A DNA stretch of 64,000 nucleotides from Hyphomicrobiales bacterium (GTDB lineage: Bacteria; Pseudomonadota; Alphaproteobacteria; Rhizobiales; TMED25): positions 384,594 through 448,593 of the forward strand of contig JAYPPX010000001.1 of NCBI GenBank assembly GCA_038131735.1, read 5' to 3'. The notes beneath the pieces were generated by a model. The model searched no databases. It was not told the DNA's origin and worked only from the letters and a program-made list of their open reading frames with translations. Shown piece by piece: positions 37,318 to 44,568 of the stretch (the first letter of the stretch is position 1; each line of letters starts with the position of its first letter). The translations under genes and the position numbers were made by a program.

Positions 37318-39861
37318 TCAGTCTAGTTTACCAATTGAGTGTGATATTAGAATGAATAAAATCCCAGATTCTGAGTCTAACAAGAGTGAAATCTTATTTT
37401 CATCATTTGTTTTTTGATAATTATTTATAATTTCTTCAAAAGATTTTAGATATTTATTTGTAAGACTTCTAAAGCTTCTATTTTCAGAATAACGGGTTTT
37501 AATTGTGTTAAACAATCTCCTTCCAAGTCGGGAGTAATCTTTTTCAGTAATAACTTGATCTTCACCATTATAATAGGATTCCCACACCGCATTTGGTTTT
37601 TTATCAGTAAGAATTGAATTCACTCTATCATAATCAAATTTAAGGGTATCTAGGAGCTCATTTTCTAAAGTCTCCAACTTTTGATTATCTGCTTGTTGTT
37701 TTTTCTCATTTAGCCTTGAATTGGGTGCTAAAATCTCAGGTAAGAACCAGTCTCTAGATTTTCTTTTCTTTTGTGTATGGGTTTCTTTTTCATGAGATTT
37801 CGATTTTTCTATCGTTTTTTGGACATCTATTGGTTTATTAGAATTGGTATCAATGTCTCTAAAATTGTCATAATCTGAAATTAATTTATTGAGTTTTGAT
37901 ATTGCACTGATTTGTTCTTCAATTACATTTCTCATTTTGGTTAGATAATTTGAAGCTTCTTCCGGCAGTTCAAAAAGCTCTCTTTTAACTATATTTTTTG
38001 TTGTATTAAGTTCTTCTGAAAGTGATGCTGAAGCATTGACAAGTTCATCTATGTTTTCTTTATATTCAACAGATAGATTGTTGATTTCTGTATTGATATT
38101 ATTGATAGTTTCCGATTGGATACCAACCATTTCAGTGGACAATTTTATTGTTTTATTTGATATTTCATCAGCTAATTCATCAGATATATCACTTGCCTGG
38201 TTTTTAAATTGAATAATCTTTTGTGAAATTTCTTCAGAAATTTTATCTATGTTTGAGGTTGTTTGATCCCCCAATTCTGATGATTTCTGTATCAACTTTG
38301 AACTCAATTCAATTAAATCTTGATGAGTTTTCTCTTGGATTGATTTAAGTCCTGAGTCAGTAATTTTTGATGTTTCACTGAAGTTTGATTTTATTGTTTT
38401 GAGAATTTCATTGATTGTATGATTTAATTGATCTGTTGTCTCAATTGTAATTTCTCTAATTGACTCACTCATAAGTTTTGTTTTTGCATTGAATTCTAGT
38501 ACTTTTTGATCAAAAGTTTTTTCAATTTCAAATTTTTGATCTTCTATGGTTGTTTTTGTGTCATCTTGAAGATTATAAAATATCTCTTCTAGTTTTTTTA
38601 GTTGCTCTTTTATTTGGACATCAATATTTGATGAAATGCCCACCAGTGACTCTGATAATTGATTATTTATCTTGATTTCTTCTCTAAGCTTATCATCAAT
38701 TTTAGATACTGTTTCTTTTCCAACATTAGATATTTTGGTTTCAAATTCTTGTGATATTGATTCAAGAGACTGTATGTCTTTTGTTAGATCGTTAAATATA
38801 TTCAATAAATTTGGTTCAATTACTTCTCTGAAATTACTTAAGAGGTCATCCGCATTCATTAATTTTAAGTCAATTTTTTCGCTAATATTTCTTAATTCTG
38901 TTATTGAATTATCAAGTCGAGTATTTTGATTTGTAACCATTGAATTAATATTGCTTAGACTATTATCTAATTCATCTTTGGTGGACTTAATAACTTGAGT
39001 TTGACTCAGTAATTTATTGTTTGTTTGCTCCAAATTTTCTGCAATCTCTGAGCTGTTGAGGTTAATGGTTTTGGATGCATTCTGAATTTTATTTATCACA
39101 TCATCAAATAAATCAATTTTCTCATTTATATTTTCCTCAAGACCTACTAAACGATCGACATAAGAACTAATCTCTGAACCAAGATGACTAGTTCTGGAGT
39201 CAATCGTTTCAAGTATTTTTTGTAAATCAGAATTTGCTATTTCTGATGATGACATCAATTCATCTCTTTGGGCTTTTAGCAAATTAATTGTGTTTTCAAG
39301 CTTCGACTCACTCTGCGTGATAGTTTCATCTATATTTTCCAATTCTATTGAGAGAGATTTTTCCAAATCGCTTGTTCTTTTAATTGCATCAGTAACAGAT
39401 AATGTAATTTGGTTGACTTCACTCTTAATTGCTCCGCCGAGTGTTTTAATAGCCTTTTCTGATGAATTAGTTGGGTGGGTTAGACGAAGTGCGGCATTCA
39501 ATAGCCCATTTGATAAAATTGTTAGATCATTTACTTTACCAATCAGAGAAATATAAAGCCAAAGGATGGGAATAAATATCAATGATAAGGCAACATATAT
39601 TTGAATTTTTTGATCTAAAAGTAAAAGAAATATGGATTCGAGATTAGAGATATTACTTTTATTAAAATAATAAAAAACGCCACTGCAGATAAGTAAGTAA
39701 AAAGTTGTAACTAAAAAGGTTAGACTTTTTAATCTTTTTGATTTGCCATTTTGTAATTGTTCTATAAGGCTTGCTGCATATATATCATCATCATTTGCAT
39801 GATTTATGCTGTTCTGTGAGGGATTTGGATTTATCCCTTTTTCAATCTTTAAGTCACTCAT
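37318..39861 (-). CDS. 847-aa membrane-anchored coiled-coil protein (two N-terminal TM helices, ~600-aa Ser/Glu/Ile/Asn-rich coiled coil, globular C-terminal ~110 aa)
   Basis: TM1 is LTFLVTTFYLLICSGVFYYF. TM2 is IQIYVALSLIFIPILWLYISLIG. Long heptad-like low-complexity sequence follows. I recognise no enzymatic motif. Confidence 0.7.
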   Translation of the reverse strand: MSDLKIEKGINPNPSQNSINHANDDDIYAASLIEQLQNGKSKRLKSLTFLVTTFYLLICSGVFYYFNKSNISNLESIFLLLLDQKIQIYVALSLIFIPILWLYISLIGKVNDLTILSNGLLNAALRLTHPTNSSEKAIKTLGGAIKSEVNQITLSVTDAIKRTSDLEKSLSIELENIDETITQSESKLENTINLLKAQRDELMSSSEIANSDLQKILETIDSRTSHLGSEISSYVDRLVGLEENINEKIDLFDDVINKIQNASKTINLNSSEIAENLEQTNNKLLSQTQVIKSTKDELDNSLSNINSMVTNQNTRLDNSITELRNISEKIDLKLMNADDLLSNFREVIEPNLLNIFNDLTKDIQSLESISQEFETKISNVGKETVSKIDDKLREEIKINNQLSESLVGISSNIDVQIKEQLKKLEEIFYNLQDDTKTTIEDQKFEIEKTFDQKVLEFNAKTKLMSESIREITIETTDQLNHTINEILKTIKSNFSETSKITDSGLKSIQEKTHQDLIELSSKLIQKSSELGDQTTSNIDKISEEISQKIIQFKNQASDISDELADEISNKTIKLSTEMVGIQSETINNINTEINNLSVEYKENIDELVNASASLSEELNTTKNIVKRELFELPEEASNYLTKMRNVIEEQISAISKLNKLISDYDNFRDIDTNSNKPIDVQKTIEKSKSHEKETHTQKKRKSRDWFLPEILAPNSRLNEKKQQADNQKLETLENELLDTLKFDYDRVNSILTDKKPNAVWESYYNGEDQVITEKDYSRLGRRLFNTIKTRYSENRSFRSLTNKYLKSFEEIINNYQKTNDENKISLLLDSESGILFILISHSIGKLD

Positions 39862-40091
39862 TTTAATAAATTAATTTTGTAATAAATATAATAGTTTATG
39901 TCATAATATTTAAACTAAATTATCAACAAACTACTATATTATAGTTACAGAATTTAATCAAACAATTAAAGGAATAATTAATACATTCCGTGAGAAAATA
40001 ACTTTCATTAAAAAAGTACTTGTTCGTCTCAAATTGAAAAAATAAAAAGATAACATTATATTTATTAGAAATATTACAGGAAAGAGTAAAA

Positions 40092-40412
40092 ATGATTACA
40101 GTAAATTTCATAAATTCAAAGGGGGAACTAAAATCAGTTAATGCTGTTGAAGGTGAGACACTTATGGAATGTGCAAAAAAAAATGACATACACGAAATTG
40201 AAGCAGAATGTGGTGGAGGGTGTTCCTGTGCCACTTGCCATGTTTACATAGATAAAGATTGGGTTGATAAAATTGATAAAGCATCTGAAATGGAAGAAGA
40301 TATGCTCGATTTTGCTTTAAATATAAAAGAAAACAGTAGGCTTTCATGTCAAATAAAATTAGAAGCTAATCTTGATGGTTTGACAGTAAGAACACCAGAG
40401 ACGCAGTTTTAA
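40092..40412 (+). CDS. fdx: [2Fe-2S] ferredoxin, adrenodoxin/putidaredoxin type
   Basis: CGGGCSCATCHV plus the distal SRLSCQ cysteine. Length is 106 aa. Confidence 0.9.
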   Translation: MITVNFINSKGELKSVNAVEGETLMECAKKNDIHEIEAECGGGCSCATCHVYIDKDWVDKIDKASEMEEDMLDFALNIKENSRLSCQIKLEANLDGLTVRTPETQF

Positions 40413-40422
40413 GGTATTATGT

Positions 40423-41445
40423 ATGGCAAATGAAATTCATACAGACGCACTCATCATTGGGGCTGGTCCAGTTGGTTTATTTGCAGTTTTTGAGTTGGGA
40501 TTATTAAACATCAACTGCCATGTTTTGGACATATTGGATAAACCTGGTGGGCAATGTGCGCAGCTATATCCTGAAAAGCCCATTTACGACATACCGGCTT
40601 ATCCTATGATTACAGGTGAAGACCTAACAAAAAATTTATTAAAACAAATAAAACCCTTTCAGCCAACCTTTCATCTTGAACAACTTGCTGTTGAAATTAA
40701 TAAGATCGATGAAAATATCTGGAAAGTGAAAACAGATAAAGAATTAACTTTCATTTGTAAGGTTATTGTCATTGCGGCGGGTGGTGGTTCATTTGAACCT
40801 AAAAAACCAAATATTCCAAATTTAGAGTTATACAATGATTGCATTCGCTACTCTATAGATAAGAAGGATAGGTTTAAGGATAAAAATATTGTCATACTTG
40901 GTGGTGGAGATAGTGCTCTTGATTGGACAGTTGAGTTATATAAAATCGCAAAAAGCCTCACCCTTGTTCACAGAAGAGACAATTTTCGAGGGGCTGCCTC
41001 TACAGTAAAAAAAGTTATGAAACTACGTGATGACAATCAAATCAATTTTCATGTTGGTCAAGTTACAGAACTGGTTGGGTCAAGTGGTGCTTTGAAGTCA
41101 GTAATATGTGAAAAAAATGATGTAAAAATCGAATTACCTTGTGACATTCTTATGCCTTTTTTTGGATTGACAATGTCGCTTGGTCCTCTTGGTGATTGGG
41201 GTTTTGGTCTGAAAGAAAATAGGATATTAGTTGATACAGAAACTTTCGAAACCAATATATCAGGTATTTATGCGGTTGGGGATATCAATACATATCCTGG
41301 AAAATTAAAACTAATACTATCAGGATTCCATGAATGCGCTCTGATGTCTCATGCAGTTTATAAAAAAATTAATCCAGACGAAAAGCTTACACTTCAATAC
41401 ACAACTACCAGCAGCTCATTACAGAAAAAATTACTAAATCATTAG
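40423..41445 (+). CDS. Thioredoxin-reductase-like ferredoxin-NADP+ reductase
   Basis: DALIIGAGPVGLFA, VILGGGDSALDW and GDINTYPGKLKLILSGFHE. The CxxC of true TrxR is absent. Confidence 0.85.
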   Translation: MANEIHTDALIIGAGPVGLFAVFELGLLNINCHVLDILDKPGGQCAQLYPEKPIYDIPAYPMITGEDLTKNLLKQIKPFQPTFHLEQLAVEINKIDENIWKVKTDKELTFICKVIVIAAGGGSFEPKKPNIPNLELYNDCIRYSIDKKDRFKDKNIVILGGGDSALDWTVELYKIAKSLTLVHRRDNFRGAASTVKKVMKLRDDNQINFHVGQVTELVGSSGALKSVICEKNDVKIELPCDILMPFFGLTMSLGPLGDWGFGLKENRILVDTETFETNISGIYAVGDINTYPGKLKLILSGFHECALMSHAVYKKINPDEKLTLQYTTTSSSLQKKLLNH

Positions 41446-41551
41446 TTTTTTATCAATAGTTGGGGGATAAATTTAACTTTTTATCTCATAAATTATTGAT
41501 TAGTTTTTTATATCAGATTATATAAATGTTATTAATCTAGCTTGAGGGATA

Positions 41552-41962
41552 ATGATGGCCAAATTAGATGATTATATTCCAAGTGAAAATGAAGAATATA
41601 TGTGTGAAAAACATCTCGATTACTTTAAAGAGAAGCTTCTAAATTGGAAGCAAGAAATTATCTCAAATTCAAAGCTAACTCTTGAGAATCTTCAAGAAAA
41701 AAATTCCTTTCCTGACGACACAGATAGGGCATCAAATGAAACGGATCGATCCGTTGAGTTAAGATCTAGAGATCGCCAAAGAAAATTAATTTCAAAAATT
41801 GATAAAGCATTAAAGAGTATTGAAGAAGGTGAATACGGTTTCTGTGAAGAAACTGGCGATCCAATCGGTTTAGCTCGACTTGAAGCCAGACCAACTGCTA
41901 CACTCTCTGTGGAAGCACAAGAAAGGCATGAGAGAAACGAAAAAATATACAGATTTAAATAA
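41552..41962 (+). CDS. dksA: RNA polymerase-binding transcription factor DksA (Cys-poor, zinc-finger-less variant)
   Basis: The coiled-coil tip DxxDxA (DDTDRASNETD) and C-terminal GFCEETGDPIGLARLEARPTATLSVEAQE. Only 1 of the 4 canonical Cys residues is retained. Confidence 0.9.
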   Translation: MMAKLDDYIPSENEEYMCEKHLDYFKEKLLNWKQEIISNSKLTLENLQEKNSFPDDTDRASNETDRSVELRSRDRQRKLISKIDKALKSIEEGEYGFCEETGDPIGLARLEARPTATLSVEAQERHERNEKIYRFK

Positions 41963-42257
41963 TCTTATAAATACGATCAATAGATATAAATTATTTATTG
42001 CACTATTACTGGTGTTTTTTTCTTCAATAATTTTCATCAAACCAATTCTATTGCCTCTTTTCATAATTATTTCTACATCTACACTGGGTATTATTTATCT
42101 ATATGATATTCTAACAAATAGGAAATCAAGATCAGATATTCATGAAGATAACAGAATAGAAATTGATGAACAATCATATCAAAATCAAAAAATGCAATCC
42201 ATTGGCCAATTAGCAGGGGGGTTGCGCATGATTTTAATAACGTACTCACTGCGATAA
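41928..42257 (+). CDS. Hybrid sensor histidine kinase, N-terminal fragment (two TM helices and the beginning of the H-box), truncated by a frameshift in a G6 run
   Basis: The TM helices are LFIALLLVFFSSIIFI and LLPLFIIISTSTLGIIYLY. The fragment ends ...MQSIGQLAGG, followed by out-of-frame LRMILITYSLR*. The ATG at 41928 overlaps dksA by 35 nt, so the start is uncertain. Confidence 0.7.
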   Translation: MRETKKYTDLNNLINTINRYKLFIALLLVFFSSIIFIKPILLPLFIIISTSTLGIIYLYDILTNRKSRSDIHEDNRIEIDEQSYQNQKMQSIGQLAGGLRMILITYSLR

Positions 42258-43333
42258 TTGTATCTACTGATTTACTTATCTTACGTTTCAAACCTGAAGA
42301 TCCAACTTTTCGAGAGTTACATGAAATAAGGGATAATGCTCAAAGAGCAGCCGGCATTGTCAGGCAGTTACTGGCATATTCAAGACAACAAAATTTTAAT
42401 TTAGAAACCATATTACTTACAGACATCCTACAGGAGCAAATCGTTCTACTCAATCGACTCGTTGGGGACAAAATAACAATTGAAATAGATCATGAGTCAA
42501 ATCTTTGGTTAATAAAAGGAGATTTAAATCAATTTGAATCCGTTATAACAAACCTTGTGATTAATGCTCGTGATGCCATTGTGTCCAAAAAAATTGATGG
42601 AAAAATTACTATTAGTACATCCAATATATCCGAGATTGATATTCCAAATGAATTAAATCATCAAATCGTAGAAAAAGATTATGTAAAAATTACTATTAAA
42701 GACAATGGTATTGGCATTCCCGAAGATCTTAGGGATAAGATTTTTGAACCATTTTACTCAAGTAAAGGTCATGATGGTACAGGGCTCGGCTTATCGATGG
42801 TTTATGGCATAATCAAGCAGCTTAATGGTTACATTTTTGTCTCAGATAATTTGCCAGAATCTGGCGCAAGATTTGATATTTATATTCCAAGATATTTTGA
42901 AGATAATGTTTTAGATTCAACTTCTGTTGTAAATGAAGATGTATCTCCTAAAAAAGACATAACAGGAGATGGAAAGATTCTTTTGGTAGAAGATGAGGAT
43001 TCTGTAAGAATTTTTACTAAAAAGGCACTAGAATTATCTGGGTATGAGGTAACTGAAGCTTATGATGGTGTTTCGGCTTTAAATCTTATTAAGAGCGCCA
43101 ACGATATATATGATTTGATCATAACTGATGTCATGATGCCAGAAATGGATGGACCAACATTGGTCAAAGAAGTAAAGAAAATACTGCCGGAACAGAAAAT
43201 ATTATTTATTTCAGGGTATACTGAAAATAACCAAGAACTAGATTTGGAAAAACAAAAAGAAGTTCATTTCTTAAATAAACCCTTTACCCTTGAGGAATTA
43301 AATTTAACAGTAAAGAAAATAGTTTTTAATTAG
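42221..43333 (+). CDS. Hybrid sensor histidine kinase, remainder (H-box, HATPase_c, receiver domain)
   Basis: The frame starting at 42221 reads VAHDFNNVLTAI... (H-box). It continues through the N-box NLVINARDA, the G-boxes DNGIGIP and GTGLGLSMV, and REC (LLVEDEDSV...ITDVMMPEMDG...ISGY). The track shows only 42557..43333. Confidence 0.85.
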   Translation, partial: VAHDFNNVLTAIIVSTDLLILRFKPEDPTFRELHEIRDNAQRAAGIVRQLLAYSRQQNFNLETILLTDILQEQIVLLNRLVGDKITIEIDHESNLWLIKGDLNQFESVITNLVINARDAIVSKKIDGKITISTSNISEIDIPNELNHQIVEKDYVKITIKDNGIGIPEDLRDKIFEPFYSSKGHDGTGLGLSMVYGIIKQLNGYIFVSDNLPESGARFDIYIPRYFEDNVLDSTSVVNEDVSPKKDITGDGKILLVEDEDSVRIFTKKALELSGYEVTEAYDGVSALNLIKSANDIYDLIITDVMMPEMDGPTLVKEVKKILPEQKILFISGYTENNQELDLEKQKEVHFLNKPFTLEELNLTVKKIVFN

Positions 43334-43427
43334 AAATTCTAATTATTATTTTGTTCTTGACTAAATGAGAACAAAAGTGGTACAAAAGTATAAAATCACC
43401 GAATGCTTTACGGAAAGGTATATATAA

Positions 43428-44519
43428 ATGTCAGATAAAACTCTACACGCAGTTGATGCAGATAACACCACAGATAGTGCAAAAAATAAGGCTTTAGAAA
43501 CAGCCCTAACCCAAATTGAAAGATCATTTGGTAAGGGGTCAATTATGAAACTTGGTGCTGATGGAGTTGTTGTTGAAATAGAGCCGATTTCCACTGGTTC
43601 ACTTGGGCTTGATCTTGCATTAGGGATAGGTGGTTTTCCAAAGGGTAGAGTGATTGAGATTTATGGACCTGAGTCGTCTGGTAAAACAACACTAGCATTA
43701 CACACAATAGCACAAGCCCAGAAAAAAGGTGGGGTTTGCGCATTCGTTGATGCAGAACACGCTCTGGATCCATCTTATGCAAAGAAACTTGGTGTAAATA
43801 TTGAAGAGCTATTAATATCACAACCTGATACTGGGGAACAAGCACTGGAAATTGCAGATACACTTGTTAGAACTGGCGCTGTTAGTGTGTTAGTTATTGA
43901 TTCTGTTGCTGCTTTAACACCTCGTGCTGAACTTGAGGGAGACATGGGTGACTCACTCCCGGGGCTTCAAGCAAGATTAATGAGTCAGGCGTTAAGAAAA
44001 CTAACGGGTTCAATAGCTAAATCGAATACTATGGTGATCTTTATAAATCAAATAAGAATGAAGATTGGCGTAATGTTCGGGAGTCCAGAAACTACAACTG
44101 GTGGTAATGCGTTAAAATTTTATGCATCTGTTAGGATAGACATAAGAAGGGTTACTCAAATCAAAGAAAAAGACGAGGTTATCGGGCACGAGACTAGATG
44201 TAAAGTAGTAAAAAATAAAGTAGCACCTCCTTTCAAACAAGTTGAATTTGATATTATGTACGGAGAGGGAATCTCTAAAGCCGGAGAATTAATTGATCTT
44301 GGTGTAAAGATTGGAATAATTGATAAAGCTGGTTCATGGTATGCATATGGTGATGAGAGACTTGGTCAAGGTAAAGAAAACGCGAGGCAATTTCTAAAAA
44401 ATAATTCTGATATAGCAGATGATATTGAACAGAAGATAAGAAATTCATTTAGTAAAAAAGACGTTAGTGCGGATGAAGCAGTTATAGAAGATGAAAAAAA
44501 TGTTCAGATCTCAGAATAA
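43428..44519 (+). CDS. recA: Recombinase RecA
   Basis: [12 protein letters not shown] Walker A, VIDSVAAL, and an unmistakable full-length RecA sequence. Confidence 0.97.
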   Translation: MSDKTLHAVDADNTTDSAKNKALETALTQIERSFGKGSIMKLGADGVVVEIEPISTGSLGLDLALGIGGFPKGRVIEIYGPESSGKTTLALHTIAQAQKKGGVCAFVDAEHALDPSYAKKLGVNIEELLISQPDTGEQALEIADTLVRTGAVSVLVIDSVAALTPRAELEGDMGDSLPGLQARLMSQALRKLTGSIAKSNTMVIFINQIRMKIGVMFGSPETTTGGNALKFYASVRIDIRRVTQIKEKDEVIGHETRCKVVKNKVAPPFKQVEFDIMYGEGISKAGELIDLGVKIGIIDKAGSWYAYGDERLGQGKENARQFLKNNSDIADDIEQKIRNSFSKKDVSADEAVIEDEKNVQISE

Positions 44520-44568
44520 CCTCCAAACATTATAGACATAGAAACTATCACTAGTTTATAATCATTGT

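Noticed and set aside
39923-40234. A 103-aa minus-strand ORF spanning the spacer upstream of the ferredoxin gene.
   Set aside because: Its translation is low-complexity. It overlaps the strongly supported fdx start on the opposite strand, and the rest lies in AT-rich intergenic DNA. No RBS is present.
42216-42221. Programmed -1 ribosomal frameshifting as the explanation for the histidine-kinase split.
   Set aside because: The G run is not a canonical X-XXY-YYZ heptamer in the zero frame, and I see no downstream stimulatory hairpin or pseudoknot. A simple 1-nt homopolymer length change, whether an error or a mutation, is more parsimonious. It stays as an alternative within the finding.
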